Shown in pieces: positions 30,076 through 40,850 of a stretch of DNA of 41,144 nucleotides (positions are counted from its first letter, which is position 1; each line of letters opens with the position of its first letter). The position numbers were made by a program, and so were the translations under genes. A model generated the notes under the pieces. The model was not told the origin of the DNA. It searched no databases and saw nothing but the letters and a program-made list of their open reading frames with translations. Source of the stretch: a virus (taxonomy: Duplodnaviria > Heunggongvirae > Uroviricota > Caudoviricetes); IMG/VR virus record IMGVR_UViG_2579778538_000003; one strand, 5' to 3'.

Positions 30076-32629
30076 ACCGGTAGGCGATCTGGTCGTTGAT
30101 TTGAGTCTGGATGCGGCCAGATTTGACGAGCAGATGGCCAGAGTCAGGCGTCATTTTTCCGGTACGGAAAGTGATGCGAAAAAAACAGCGGCAGTCGTTG
30201 AACAGTCGCTGAGCCGACAGGCGCTGGCTGCACAGAAAGCGGGGATTTCCGTCGGGCAGTATAAAGCCGCCATGCGTATGCTGCCTGCACAGTTCACCGA
30301 CGTGGCCACGCAGCTTGCAGGCGGGCAAAGTCCGTGGCTGATCCTGCTGCAACAGGGGGGGCAGGTGAAGGACTCCTTCGGCGGGATGATCCCCATGTTC
30401 AGGGGGCTTGCCGGTGCGATCACCCTGCCGATGGTGGGGGCCACCTCGCTGGCGGTGGCGACCGGTGCGCTGGCGTATGCCTGGTATCAGGGCAACTCAA
30501 CCCTGTCCGATTTCAACAAAACGCTGGTCCTTTCCGGCAATCAGGCGGGTCTGACGGCAGATCGTATGCTGGTCCTGTCCAGAGCCGGGCAGGCGGCAGG
30601 GCTGACGTTTAACCAGACCAGCGAGTCACTCAGCGCACTGGTTAAGGCGGGGGTAAGCGGTGAGGCTCAGATTGCGTCCATCAGCCAGAGTGTGGCGCGT
30701 TTCTCCTCTGCATCCGGCGTGGAGGTGGACAAGGTCGCTGAAGCCTTCGGGAAGCTGACCACAGACCCGACGTCGGGGCTGACGGCGATGGCACGCCAGT
30801 TCCATAACGTGACGGCGGAGCAGATTGCGTATGTTGCTCAGTTGCAGCGTTCCGGCGATGAAGCCGGGGCATTGCAGGCGGCGAACGAGGCCGCAACGAA
30901 AGGGTTTGATGACCAGACCCGCCGCCTGAAAGAGAACATGGGCACGCTGGAGACCTGGGCAGACAGGACTGCGCGGGCATTCAAATCCATGTGGGATGCG
31001 GTGCTGGATATTGGTCGTCCTGATACCGCGCAGGAGATGCTGATTAAGGCAGAGGCTGCGTTTAAGAAAGCAGACGACATCTGGAATCTGCGCAAGGATG
31101 ATTATTTTGTTAACGATGAAGCGCGGGCGCGTTACTGGGATGATCGTGAAAAGGCCCGTCTTGCGCTTGAAGCCGCCCGAAAGAAGGCTGAACAGCAGAG
31201 TCAACAGGACAAAAATGCGCAGCAGCAGAGCGATACCGAAGCGTCACGGCTGAAATATACCGAAGAGGCGCAGAAGGCTTACGAACGGCTGCAGACGCCG
31301 CTGGAGAAATATGCCGCCCGTCAGGAAGAACTGAATAAGGCCCTGAAAGACGGAAAAATCCTGCAGGCAGATTACAACACGCTGATGGCGGCAGCGAAAA
31401 AGGACTATGAAACGACACTGAAAAAGCCGAAGCAGTCCGGCGTGAAGGTGTCTGCGGGCGATCGTCAGGAAGACAGTGCTCATGCTGCCCTGCTGACGCT
31501 TCAGGCTGAACTCCGGACGCTGGAGAAGCATGCCGGAGCAAATGAGAAAATCAGCCAGCAGCGCCGGGATTTGTGGAAGGCGGAGAGTCAGTTCGCGGTA
31601 CTGGAGGAGGCGGCGCAACGTCGCCAGCTGTCTGTACAGGAGAAATCCCTGCTGGCGCATAAAGATGAGACGCTGGAGTACAAACGCCAGCTGGCTGCAC
31701 TTGGCGACAAGGTTACGTATCAGGAGCGCCTGAACGCGCTGGCGCAGCAGGCGGATAAATTCGCACAGCAGCAACGGGCAAAACGGGCCGCCATTGATGC
31801 GAAAAGCCGGGGGCTGACTGACCGGCAGGCAGAACGGGAAGCCACGGAACAGCGCCTGAAGGAACAGTATGGCGATAATCCGCTGGCGCTGAATAACGTC
31901 ATGTCAGAGCAGAAAAAGACCTGGGCGGCTGAAGACCAGCTTCGCGGGAACTGGATGGCAGGCCTGAAGTCCGGCTGGAGTGAGTGGGAAGAGAGCGCCA
32001 CGGACAGTATGTCGCAGGTAAAAAGTGCAGCCACGCAGACCTTTGATGGTATTGCACAGAATATGGCGGCGATGCTGACCGGCAGTGAGCAGAACTGGCG
32101 CAGCTTCACCCGTTCCGTGCTGTCCATGATGACAGAAATTCTGCTTAAGCAGGCAATGGTGGGGATTGTCGGGAGTATCGGCAGCGCCATTGGCGGGGCT
32201 GTTGGTGGCGGCGCATCCGCGTCAGGCGGTACAGCCATTCAGGCCGCTGCGGCGAAATTCCATTTTGCAACCGGAGGATTTACGGGAACCGGCGGCAAAT
32301 ATGAGCCAGCGGGGATTGTTCACCGTGGTGAGTTTGTCTTCACGAAGGAGGCAACCAGCCGGATTGGCGTGGGGAATCTTTACCGGCTGATGCGCGGCTA
32401 TGCCACCGGCGGTTATGTCGGTACACCGGGCAGCATGGCAGACAGCCGGTCGCAGGCGTCCGGGACGTTTGAGCAGAATAACCATGTGGTGATTAACAAC
32501 GACGGCACGAACGGGCAGATAGGTCCGGCTGCTCTGAAGGCGGTGTATGACATGGCCCGCAAGGGTGCCCGTGATGAAATTCAGACACAGATGCGTGATG
32601 GTGGCCTGTTCTCCGGAGGTGGACGATGA
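30068..32629 (+). CDS. H: tail tape-measure protein H, 853 aa
   Basis: MAEPVGDLVVDLSLDAARFDEQMARVRRHFSGTESDAKKTAAVVEQSLSRQAL... matches lambda gpH; length equals lambda H. Confidence 0.97.
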   Translation: MAEPVGDLVVDLSLDAARFDEQMARVRRHFSGTESDAKKTAAVVEQSLSRQALAAQKAGISVGQYKAAMRMLPAQFTDVATQLAGGQSPWLILLQQGGQVKDSFGGMIPMFRGLAGAITLPMVGATSLAVATGALAYAWYQGNSTLSDFNKTLVLSGNQAGLTADRMLVLSRAGQAAGLTFNQTSESLSALVKAGVSGEAQIASISQSVARFSSASGVEVDKVAEAFGKLTTDPTSGLTAMARQFHNVTAEQIAYVAQLQRSGDEAGALQAANEAATKGFDDQTRRLKENMGTLETWADRTARAFKSMWDAVLDIGRPDTAQEMLIKAEAAFKKADDIWNLRKDDYFVNDEARARYWDDREKARLALEAARKKAEQQSQQDKNAQQQSDTEASRLKYTEEAQKAYERLQTPLEKYAARQEELNKALKDGKILQADYNTLMAAAKKDYETTLKKPKQSGVKVSAGDRQEDSAHAALLTLQAELRTLEKHAGANEKISQQRRDLWKAESQFAVLEEAAQRRQLSVQEKSLLAHKDETLEYKRQLAALGDKVTYQERLNALAQQADKFAQQQRAKRAAIDAKSRGLTDRQAEREATEQRLKEQYGDNPLALNNVMSEQKKTWAAEDQLRGNWMAGLKSGWSEWEESATDSMSQVKSAATQTFDGIAQNMAAMLTGSEQNWRSFTRSVLSMMTEILLKQAMVGIVGSIGSAIGGAVGGGASASGGTAIQAAAAKFHFATGGFTGTGGKYEPAGIVHRGEFVFTKEATSRIGVGNLYRLMRGYATGGYVGTPGSMADSRSQASGTFEQNNHVVINNDGTNGQIGPAALKAVYDMARKGARDEIQTQMRDGGLFSGGGR

Positions 32630-32955
32630 AGACCTTCCGCTGGAAAGTGAAACCCGGTATGGATGTGGCTTCGGTCCCTTCTGTAAGAAAGGTGCGCTTT
32701 GGTGATGGCTATTCTCAGCGAGCGCCTGCCGGGCTGAATGCCAACCTGAAAACGTACAGCGTGACGCTTTCTGTCCCCCGTGAGGAGGCCACGGTACTGG
32801 AGTCGTTTCTGGAAGAGCACGGGGGCTGGAAATCCTTTCTGTGGACGCCGCCTTATGAGTGGCAGCAGATAAAGGTGACCTGCGCAAAATGGTCGTCGCG
32901 GGTCAGTATGCTGCGTGTTGAGTTCAGCGCAGAGTTTGAACAGGTGGTGAACTGA
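32626..32955 (+). CDS. M: tail tip protein M, 109 aa
   Basis: MKTFRWKVKPGMDVASVPSVRKVRFGDGYSQRAPAGLNANLKTYSVTLSV... matches lambda gpM. Confidence 0.95.
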   Translation: MKTFRWKVKPGMDVASVPSVRKVRFGDGYSQRAPAGLNANLKTYSVTLSVPREEATVLESFLEEHGGWKSFLWTPPYEWQQIKVTCAKWSSRVSMLRVEFSAEFEQVVN

Positions 32956-33653
32956 TGCAGGATATCCGGCAGGAAACACTGAATGAATGCACCCGTGCGG
33001 AGCAGTCGGCCAGCGTGGTGCTCTGGGAAATCGACCTGACAGAGGTCGGTGGAGAACGTTATTTTTTCTGTAATGAGCAGAACGAAAAAGGTGAGCCGGT
33101 CACCTGGCAGGGGCGACAGTATCAGCCGTATCCCATTCAGGGGAGCGGTTTTGAACTGAATGGCAAAGGCACCAGTACGCGCCCCACGCTGACGGTTTCT
33201 AACCTGTACGGTATGGTCACCGGGATGGCGGAAGATCTGCAGAGTCTGGTCGGCGGAACGGTGGTCCGGCGTAAGGTTTACGCCCGTTTTCTGGATGCGG
33301 TGAACTTCGTCAACGGAAACAGTTATGCCGATCCGGAGCAGGAGGTGATCAGCCGCTGGCGCATTGAGCAGTGCAGCGAACTGAGCGCGGTGAGTGCCTC
33401 CTTTGTACTGTCCACGCCGACGGAAACGGATGGCGCTGTTTTTCCGGGACGTATCATGCTGGCCAACACCTGCACCTGGACCTATCGCGGTGACGAGTGC
33501 GGTTATAGCGGTCCGGCTGTCGCGGATGAATATGACCAGCCAACGTCCGATATCACGAAGGATAAATGCAGCAAATGCCTGAGCGGTTGTAAGTTCCGCA
33601 ATAACGTCGGCAACTTTGGCGGCTTCCTTTCCATTAACAAACTTTCGCAGTAA
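32955..33653 (+). CDS. L: tail tip protein L, 232 aa
   Basis: MQDIRQETLNECTRAEQSASVVLWEIDLTEVGGERYFFCNEQNEKGEPVTWQGRQYQPYP... matches lambda gpL. Confidence 0.95.
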   Translation: MQDIRQETLNECTRAEQSASVVLWEIDLTEVGGERYFFCNEQNEKGEPVTWQGRQYQPYPIQGSGFELNGKGTSTRPTLTVSNLYGMVTGMAEDLQSLVGGTVVRRKVYARFLDAVNFVNGNSYADPEQEVISRWRIEQCSELSAVSASFVLSTPTETDGAVFPGRIMLANTCTWTYRGDECGYSGPAVADEYDQPTSDITKDKCSKCLSGCKFRNNVGNFGGFLSINKLSQ

Positions 33654-33657
33654 TCCC

Positions 33658-34401
33658 ATGACACAGACAGAATCAGCGATTCTGGCGCACGCCCGGCGAT
33701 GTGCGCCAGCGGAGTCGTGTGGCTTCGTGGTGAGAACGCCGAAGGGGGAAAGATATTTTCCCTGCGTGAATATCTCCGGTGAGCCGGAGGCGTATTTCCG
33801 GATGTCGCCGGAGGACTGGCTGCGGGCAGAGATGCAGGGTGAGATTGTGGCGCTGGTCCACAGCCACCCCGGTGGTCTGCCCTGGCTGAGTGAGGCTGAC
33901 AGGCGGCTGCAGGTGCAGAGCGATTTGCCGTGGTGGCTGGTCTGCCGGGGTGAGATTCATAAATTCCGCTGTGTGCCGCATCTTACCGGGCGGTGCTTTG
34001 AGCACGGGGTGACGGACTGTTACACGCTGTTCCGGGATGCTTATCATCTGGCGGGGATTGAGATGCCGGATTTTCATCGCGGGGATGACTGGTGGCGTCA
34101 CGGTCAGAATCTCTATCTGGATAATCTGGAGGCCACAGGGCTGTATCAGGTGCCGTTGTCATCAGCACAACCGGGCGATGTGCTGCTGTGCTGTTTTGGT
34201 TCATCGGTGCCGAATCATGCCGCCATTTACTGTGGTGATGGCGAGCTGCTGCACCATATTCCTGAACAACTGAGCAAACGAGAGAGGTATACCGACAAAT
34301 GGCAGCGACGCACACACTCCCTCTGGCGTCACCGGGCATGGCGCGCATCTGCCTTTACGGGGATTTACAACGATTTGGCCGCCGCATCGACCTTCGTGTG
34401 A
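33658..34401 (+). CDS. K: tail tip assembly protein K (247 aa from ATG 33658; classical lambda annotation begins at internal ATG 33802, 199 aa)
   Basis: MTQTESAILAHARRCAPAESCGFVV...HSHPGG (JAMM/MPN-like motif)...GDVLLCCFGSSVPNHAAIYCGDG (NlpC/P60-like); start directly after L stop. Confidence 0.85.
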   Translation: MTQTESAILAHARRCAPAESCGFVVRTPKGERYFPCVNISGEPEAYFRMSPEDWLRAEMQGEIVALVHSHPGGLPWLSEADRRLQVQSDLPWWLVCRGEIHKFRCVPHLTGRCFEHGVTDCYTLFRDAYHLAGIEMPDFHRGDDWWRHGQNLYLDNLEATGLYQVPLSSAQPGDVLLCCFGSSVPNHAAIYCGDGELLHHIPEQLSKRERYTDKWQRRTHSLWRHRAWRASAFTGIYNDLAAASTFV

Positions 34402-34940
34402 AAACGGGGGCTGAAGCCATCCGGGCGCTGGCCACACAGCTCCCGGCGTTTCGTCAGAAACTGAGCGACGGCTGGTATCAGGTACGGATTGCCGGGCGTG
34501 ATACAGGTGAAACGGAATTATCAGCCCGTCTTAATGAACCGCTGGCAAATGGTGCTGTGATCCATATCGTGCCGCGTCTGGCAGGAGCCAAAAGTGGCGG
34601 TGTGTTTCAGGCTGTGCTGGGGGCGGCTGTTATGGCGGTTGCTATATGGATGCCGGGGGTAGGAATTATGGCGAGTAATCTGCTGTTTTCTCTCGGTGCC
34701 AGTATGACGCTTGGCGGTGTTGCACAGATGCTGGCCCCTAAACCCAGAACCCCCCGCACACAGACAACGGATAACGGCAAACAGAACACCTATTTTTCTT
34801 CACTGGATAATATGGTTGCCCAGGGCAATGTTCTGCCCGTTCTGTACGGTGAAATGCGCGTGGGATCACGTGTGGTATCTCAGGAGATCAGCACAGCAGA
34901 TGAAGGTGATGGTGGTCAGGTTGTGGTGATTGGTCGCTGA
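34299..34940 (+). CDS. I: tail tip assembly protein I, 213 aa (about 10 aa shorter than lambda I)
   Basis: MAATHTLPLASPGMARICLYGDLQRFGRRIDLRVKTGAEAIRALATQLPAFRQKLSDGWYQVRIAGRD... matches lambda gpI; start at the lambda-equivalent coordinate. Confidence 0.9.
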   Translation: MAATHTLPLASPGMARICLYGDLQRFGRRIDLRVKTGAEAIRALATQLPAFRQKLSDGWYQVRIAGRDTGETELSARLNEPLANGAVIHIVPRLAGAKSGGVFQAVLGAAVMAVAIWMPGVGIMASNLLFSLGASMTLGGVAQMLAPKPRTPRTQTTDNGKQNTYFSSLDNMVAQGNVLPVLYGEMRVGSRVVSQEISTADEGDGGQVVVIGR

Positions 34941-35000
34941 TGAAAAACGTTTTATGTGAAACCGCCTCCGGGCGGTTTTATCGTTTATGGAGCATGACGA

Positions 35001-38000
35001 ATGGGTAAAGGCAGCAGTAAGGGGCATACCCCGCGCGAAGCGAAGGACAACCTGAAGTCCACGCAGCTGCTGAGTGTGATCGATGCCATCAGCGAAGGGC
35101 CGGTTGAAGGTCCGGTGGATGGATTAAAAAGCGTGCTGCTGAACAGTACGCCGGTGCTGGACAGTGAGGGGAATACCAATATATCCGGCGTCACGGTGGT
35201 GTTCCGGGCCGGTGAGCAGGAGCAGTCACCGCCGGAGGGATTTGAATCCTCCGGCTCCGAGACGGTGCTGGGTACGGAAGTGAAATATGACACGCCGATC
35301 ACCCGGACCATCACGTCGGCAAACATCGACCGTCTGCGCTTTACCTTCGGTGTACAGGCACTGGTGGAAACCACCTCAAAGGGAGACAGGAATCCGTCGG
35401 AAGTTCGCCTGCTGGTTCAGATACAGCGTAACGGTGGCTGGGTGACGGAAAAAGACATCACCATTAAGGGCAAAACCACCTCGCAGTATCTGGCCTCGGT
35501 GGTGGTGGATAACCTGCCGCCGCGCCCGTTTAATATCCGGATGCGCAGGATGACGCCGGACAGCACCACAGACCAGCTGCTGAACAAAACGCTCTGGTCG
35601 TCATACACCGAAATCATCGATGTGAAACAGTGCTACCCGAACACGGCACTGGTTGGCGTGCAGGTGGACTCGGAGCAGTTCGGCAGCCAGCAGGTGAGCC
35701 GTAATTATCATCTTCGCGGGCGCATTCTGCAGGTGCCGTCGAACTATAACCCGCAGACGCGGCAATACAGCGGTATCTGGGACGGAACGTTAAAACCGGC
35801 ATACAGCAACAACATGGCCTGGTGTCTGTGGGATATGCTGACCCATCCGCGCTACGGCATGGGGAAACGTCTTGGTGCGGCGGATGTGGATAAATGGGCG
35901 CTGTATGTCATCGGCCAGTACTGCGACCAGTCGGTGCCGGACGGCTTTGGCGGCACGGAGCCGCGCATTACCTGTAATGCGTACCTGACCACACAGCGCA
36001 AGGCGTGGGATGTGCTCAGTGATTTCTGCTCGGCGATGCGCTGTATGCCGGTATGGAACGGGCAGACGCTGACGTTCGTGCAGGACCGACCATCAGATAA
36101 GGTGTGGACCTATAACCGCAGTAATGTGGTGATGCCGGATGATGGCGCGCCGTTCCGCTACAGCTTCAGCGCCCTGAAGGACCGCCATAATGCCGTTGAG
36201 GTGAACTGGATTGACCCGGATAACGGCTGGGAGACGGCGACAGAGCTCGTGGAGGATACGCAGGCCATTGCCCGTTACGGCCGTAACGTCACGAAGATGG
36301 ATGCCTTTGGCTGTACCAGCCGGGGGCAGGCACACCGCGCCGGGCTGTGGCTGATTAAAACGGAGCTGCTGGAAACGCAGACCGTGGACTTCAGCGTGGG
36401 TGCTGAAGGGCTTCGCCATGTACCGGGGGATGTCATTGAAATCTGCGATGATGACTATGCCGGTATCAGCACCGGTGGTCGTGTGCTGGCGGTGAACAGC
36501 CAGACCCGGACGCTGACGCTCGACCGTGAAATCACGCTGCCATCCTCCGGTACCACGCTGATAAGCCTGGTTGACGGAAGTGGCAATCCGGTCAGCGTGG
36601 AGGTTCAGTCCGTCACCGACGGCGTGAAGGTGAAAGTGAGCCGTGTTCCTGACGGTGTTGCTGAATACAGCGTATGGGGGCTGAAGCTGCCGACGCTGCG
36701 CCAGCGACTGTTCCGCTGCGTGAGTATCCGTGAAAACGACGACGGCACGTATGCCATCACCGCCGTGCAGCATGTGCCGGAAAAAGAGACCATCGTGGAT
36801 AACGGGGCGCACTTTGACGGCGAACAGAGTGGCACGGTGAATGGTGTCACGCCGCCCGCGGTGCAGCACCTGACCGCAGAAGTCACCGCAGACAGCGGGG
36901 AATATCAGGTGCTGGCGCGATGGGACACACCGAAGGTGGTGAAGGGGGTGAGCTTTATGCTTCGCCTGACCGTGGCAGCGGATGACGGCAGTGAGCGGCT
37001 GGTCAGCACGGCCAGGACGACGGAAACCACATACCGCTTCAGGCAACTGGCGCTGGGGAACTACAGGCTGACAGTCCGGGCGGTAAATGCGTGGGGGCAG
37101 CAGGGGGATCCGGCGTCGGTATCGTTCCGGATTGCCGCACCGGCAGCGCCATCGCGGATTGAGCTGACGCCGGGCTATTTTCAGATAACCGCAACGCCGC
37201 ATCTTGCCGTTTATGATCCGACGGTACAGTTTGAGTTCTGGTTCTCGGAAAAGCGGATTGCGGATATCAGGCAGGTTGAAGCCAGCGCGCGTTATCTTGG
37301 TACGGCGCTGTACTGGATAGCCGCCAGTATCAATATCAAACCGGGCCATGATTATTATTTTTACATTCGCAGTGTGAACACCGTTGGCAAATCGGCATTT
37401 GTGGAGGCTGTTGGCCAGCCGAGTGATGATGCATCCGGCTATCTGGATTTTTTCAAAGGAGAGATAGGGAAAACCCATCTGGCTCAGGAGTTGTGGACGC
37501 AGATTGATAACGGTCAGCTTGCGCCTGACCTGGCTGAAATCAGGACGTCCATTACGGATGTCAGCAATGAAATCACGCAGACCGTCAATAAGAAACTGGA
37601 AGACCAGAGTGCAGCGATCCAGCAGATACAGAAGGTTCAGGTTGATACAAATAATAACCTGAACAGCATGTGGGCTGTGAAGCTGCAGCAGATGCAGGAC
37701 GGACGCCTTTATATCGCGGGTATTGGTGCCGGTATTGAGAATACCCCTGACGGTATGCAGAGTCAGGTGCTGCTGGCGGCGGACAGGATTGCGATGATTA
37801 ATCCTGCGAATGGCAATACAAAGCCGATGTTTGTTGGGCAGGGCGATCAGATATTCATGAACGAAGTGTTCCTGAAATATCTGACGGCTCCCACCATTAC
37901 CAGCGGTGGCAATCCCCCAACGTTTTCACTGACACCTGATGGTCGACTTTCTGCGAGAAATGCGGATATCAGCGGTAACGTGAATGCGAACTCCGGGACG

Positions 38001-38483
38001 CTCAATAATGTCACGATTAACCAGAACTGTCGGATTCTGGGAAAACTGTCAGCTAACCAGATTGAAGGTGATATTGTCAAAACGGTGGGAAAAGCCTTTC
38101 CGAGAAATGGCAGTTATGCCAGCGGTACAATAACGGTCACTGTGTACGATGACCAGGCTTTTGACCGTCAGATAGTCGTCCCCCCCGTTCTGTTTCGCGG
38201 TGGTAAGCATGAAAACTTCAACAGCAACAACCAACAGTCATACTGGTATTCAACCTGTAAGCTGCAGGTGCTGAAGAACGGACAGGAAATCTTTCAGCAA
38301 CCCGCGACGGATGTCAGCAGGGTATTTTCATCAGTCATTGATATGCCTGCCGGACACGGCCATGTCACCCTGACTTTCAATGTTTCTTCATATGGTGCAA
38401 ATAACTGGACGCCAACGACCAGTATCAGCGACCTTCTTGTTGTCGTGATGAAGAAATCAACAGCCGGCATCAGTATCAGTTGA
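35001..38483 (+). CDS. J: central tail fiber / host-specificity protein J, 1160 aa
   Basis: [54 protein letters not shown]... matches lambda gpJ N-terminus; ORF is 28 codons longer than lambda J (1132 aa, from memory). Confidence 0.93.
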   Translation: MGKGSSKGHTPREAKDNLKSTQLLSVIDAISEGPVEGPVDGLKSVLLNSTPVLDSEGNTNISGVTVVFRAGEQEQSPPEGFESSGSETVLGTEVKYDTPITRTITSANIDRLRFTFGVQALVETTSKGDRNPSEVRLLVQIQRNGGWVTEKDITIKGKTTSQYLASVVVDNLPPRPFNIRMRRMTPDSTTDQLLNKTLWSSYTEIIDVKQCYPNTALVGVQVDSEQFGSQQVSRNYHLRGRILQVPSNYNPQTRQYSGIWDGTLKPAYSNNMAWCLWDMLTHPRYGMGKRLGAADVDKWALYVIGQYCDQSVPDGFGGTEPRITCNAYLTTQRKAWDVLSDFCSAMRCMPVWNGQTLTFVQDRPSDKVWTYNRSNVVMPDDGAPFRYSFSALKDRHNAVEVNWIDPDNGWETATELVEDTQAIARYGRNVTKMDAFGCTSRGQAHRAGLWLIKTELLETQTVDFSVGAEGLRHVPGDVIEICDDDYAGISTGGRVLAVNSQTRTLTLDREITLPSSGTTLISLVDGSGNPVSVEVQSVTDGVKVKVSRVPDGVAEYSVWGLKLPTLRQRLFRCVSIRENDDGTYAITAVQHVPEKETIVDNGAHFDGEQSGTVNGVTPPAVQHLTAEVTADSGEYQVLARWDTPKVVKGVSFMLRLTVAADDGSERLVSTARTTETTYRFRQLALGNYRLTVRAVNAWGQQGDPASVSFRIAAPAAPSRIELTPGYFQITATPHLAVYDPTVQFEFWFSEKRIADIRQVEASARYLGTALYWIAASINIKPGHDYYFYIRSVNTVGKSAFVEAVGQPSDDASGYLDFFKGEIGKTHLAQELWTQIDNGQLAPDLAEIRTSITDVSNEITQTVNKKLEDQSAAIQQIQKVQVDTNNNLNSMWAVKLQQMQDGRLYIAGIGAGIENTPDGMQSQVLLAADRIAMINPANGNTKPMFVGQGDQIFMNEVFLKYLTAPTITSGGNPPTFSLTPDGRLSARNADISGNVNANSGTLNNVTINQNCRILGKLSANQIEGDIVKTVGKAFPRNGSYASGTITVTVYDDQAFDRQIVVPPVLFRGGKHENFNSNNQQSYWYSTCKLQVLKNGQEIFQQPATDVSRVFSSVIDMPAGHGHVTLTFNVSSYGANNWTPTTSISDLLVVVMKKSTAGISIS

Positions 38484-38502
38484 ATTTTAAAACCCAAATT
38501 CG

Positions 38503-38527
38503 GGCACCAGAAATGGTGCCTTTTTTA
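38503..38527 (+). terminator. rho-independent terminator downstream of J
   Basis: GGCACC-agaaat-GGTGCC followed by TTTTTTATTT. Confidence 0.75.
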
Positions 38528-38541
38528 TTTGTGGAGTGAAT

Positions 38542-40563
38542 ATGGCAGTACAGATTTCAGGTGTGCTGAAAGACGGTGCAGGAAAACCGATACAGAACTG
38601 CACCATTCAGCTCAAAGCAAAACGTAACAGCACCACAGTTGTGGTGAACACGGTGGCCTCAGAAAATCCGGATGAAGCCGGACGTTACAGCATGGATGTT
38701 GAGTATGGCCAGTACAGCGTCGCCCTGCTGGTTGAAGGTTTTCCGCCTTCACATGCCGGGACCATCACCGTGTATGAGGATTCTAAGCCGGGGACATTGA
38801 ATGATTTTCTGGGCGCTGCAACAGAAGATGATGTTTGTCCGGAGGCACTGTATCGTTTTGAAAAGATGGTGGAAGAGGCGGCACGCAACGCTGAAGCCGC
38901 CTCTCAGAGCGCAGCGGCAGCAAAGAAATCAGAAACAGCAGCGGCATCGTCCAGGAACGCGGCGAAAACATCAGAGACGAATGCAGGTAACAGCGCGAAA
39001 GCGGCAGCTTCTTCAAAAACAGCCGCACAAAACGCAGCAACAGCGGCAGAACGTTCAGAGACAAATGCCCGTGCGTCAGAAGAAGCCTCCGCAGACAGTG
39101 AAGAGGCTTCCCGCCGTAATGCAGAGTCAGCCGCTGAAAATGCCGGAGTCGCCACCACAAAAGCGCGGGAGGCCGCAGCAGACGCAACAAAGGCCGGGCA
39201 GAAAAAGGATGAGGCTCTGTCGGCAGCGACACGAGCTGAAAAGGCGGCAGACCGCGCAGAAGCCGCAGCGGAAGTGACTGCAGAGCCCTGTGCGAATATA
39301 GTGCCGCCGCTGCCTGATGTGTGGATACCGTTTAACGATTCACTGGATATGATTACGGGTTTTTCGCCATCTTATAAAAAGATAGTTATTGGTGACGATG
39401 AAATAACAATGCCAGGCGACAAGATTGTTAAGTTTAAACGTGCTTCAACAGCAACGTATATTAATAAGTCCGGCCAACTCAAGCTTGCTGAAGTTGACGA
39501 ACCGCGATTTGAGCGCGATGGCTTATTGATTGAAGGACAGAGGACAAATTATCTGAGGAACTCAAATAAACCAGACTCATGGACTGTTCATTCCGCACTG
39601 AATAAAACATTTGGCACTGATAAACAGGGGTTCAATTATGCCACGGTGACACCCACGGAAAGTATAGTGGGAACAACAGGTGGCTATACTGTGCATGGTG
39701 TGGTTGCAGCAGACAGATTCCCGCTGGCAAGTGGTGAATGTTTCACTTTTTCGTGCCGGGTTAAAGGCGCTAAAGCACGATGCAGGTTAAGAGTTTCAGT
39801 TATTATTGGTGGAACAGATACCTTCTCTGCTGACTCTTATCTTGATCTGGATACCCGGATCGCAACAGTAAGCGGTAATACATCCCTTATAACAGCCAAA
39901 GCTGAACAACAGGGCGAGTGGACCTACTATGAGGCCACTTATACAGCTAATACGGACATTGATACCGTTAACTGTGCTTTTTATATGACAAATAAAATAA
40001 GTAATGAGACATTCTATGATGACTCAACATTAACCATGACGACGCCGCAAATTGAACTGGGCAATACGGCATCGTCATTTATTGTAACTACAATGCCAAC
40101 AACACGCGCAAGTGATGTAGTTACTATCCCATCGCAGAATAACCTGTCAACACGGCCTTTTACGGTATTGTGCGAAGTAAGCAGGAACTGGAGTACACCG
40201 CCCAATGTTGCGCCAAGGATATTTGATGTTGGAGGGCACAGTATTGATGATAATTATTTATCGCTGGGGTTTGTTGCAACAGGAAAGATAAGCGCCAACG
40301 TAGGAATGGTTCAGCCACAAATTGCCTCAGATGGAGAAAGGTTCATTGTGGGTGTGAGAGCTAAATCTGATTTATCAGTAAATGCAATATGCAATGGTAA
40401 TTATACAACAAACCTTAATGGTAAAATATTTGGAGTTACAGCAACATCGTACCGGTTTGGTGGGCAGACCGCAGCAGGAACGCGTCATTTGTTTGGACAC
40501 ATCAGAAATTTCAGAGTCTGGTTTAAAGAATTAAATGACAGGCAAATCAAGGAGGCAGTATGA
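38542..40563 (+). CDS. side tail fiber protein (Stf-like N-terminus, Ala-rich shaft, distinct C-terminal lectin/LamG-like domain), 673 aa from ATG 38542
   Basis: N-terminus MAVQISGVLKDGAGKPIQNCTIQLKAKRNSTTVVVNTVASENPDEAGRYSMDVEYGQYSV... resembles lambda Stf; Ala/Ser/Glu-rich region; C-terminal ...GHIRNFRVWFKELNDRQIKEA resembles a concanavalin/LamG-type terminal motif (from memory); GGAG ribosome-binding site. Confidence 0.75.
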   Translation: MAVQISGVLKDGAGKPIQNCTIQLKAKRNSTTVVVNTVASENPDEAGRYSMDVEYGQYSVALLVEGFPPSHAGTITVYEDSKPGTLNDFLGAATEDDVCPEALYRFEKMVEEAARNAEAASQSAAAAKKSETAAASSRNAAKTSETNAGNSAKAAASSKTAAQNAATAAERSETNARASEEASADSEEASRRNAESAAENAGVATTKAREAAADATKAGQKKDEALSAATRAEKAADRAEAAAEVTAEPCANIVPPLPDVWIPFNDSLDMITGFSPSYKKIVIGDDEITMPGDKIVKFKRASTATYINKSGQLKLAEVDEPRFERDGLLIEGQRTNYLRNSNKPDSWTVHSALNKTFGTDKQGFNYATVTPTESIVGTTGGYTVHGVVAADRFPLASGECFTFSCRVKGAKARCRLRVSVIIGGTDTFSADSYLDLDTRIATVSGNTSLITAKAEQQGEWTYYEATYTANTDIDTVNCAFYMTNKISNETFYDDSTLTMTTPQIELGNTASSFIVTTMPTTRASDVVTIPSQNNLSTRPFTVLCEVSRNWSTPPNVAPRIFDVGGHSIDDNYLSLGFVATGKISANVGMVQPQIASDGERFIVGVRAKSDLSVNAICNGNYTTNLNGKIFGVTATSYRFGGQTAAGTRHLFGHIRNFRVWFKELNDRQIKEAV

Positions 40564-40838
40564 AAGATTTAACTTTGAAATTTCCTGGTAACAGAGAGTT
40601 TAAATCCTTCCTGTCATCTCTTGACTGGGAGGAGGATGAAGACCTCCAGAATAAACTGTTAGTCGATGAAATTGGTTTCACCTACACAGAAACAGGGGTA
40701 ACAGAAGAGGGAGAACCTGTCTGTGTCCGGAATGACGGTTATTTTGTCAACATTCGCATTCTTGATGACTTGTTTGATGTTTCTGTATTCTCTGATTATG
40801 TCGTGGAGCTGGAAACACCGCTTCGGGAATGGAGCTGA
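40560..40838 (+). CDS. hypothetical acidic small protein (92 aa), translationally coupled to the tail fiber gene
   Basis: ATG overlaps the stf stop (ATGA); AAGGAGG ribosome-binding site; Asp/Glu-rich; occupies the position where a tail fiber assembly gene is expected but is too short and not recognisably Tfa. Confidence 0.5.
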   Translation: MKDLTLKFPGNREFKSFLSSLDWEEDEDLQNKLLVDEIGFTYTETGVTEEGEPVCVRNDGYFVNIRILDDLFDVSVFSDYVVELETPLREWS

Positions 40839-40850
40839 AAGGAGGAAATA

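Noticed and set aside
30626-33659. Several long minus-strand ORFs (30626..31204, 31244..31774, 31720..32238, 32222..32887, 32853..33659) antisense to H, M and L
   Set aside because: Antisense to lambda-identical tail genes; Arg/Pro/Cys-rich low-complexity translations typical of spurious frames.
36093-37478. 461-aa ORF on the minus strand inside J
   Set aside because: Lies entirely antisense to a well-supported lambda-type J gene in GC-rich DNA where long stop-free antisense frames arise by chance; no ribosome-binding site or recognisable protein features.
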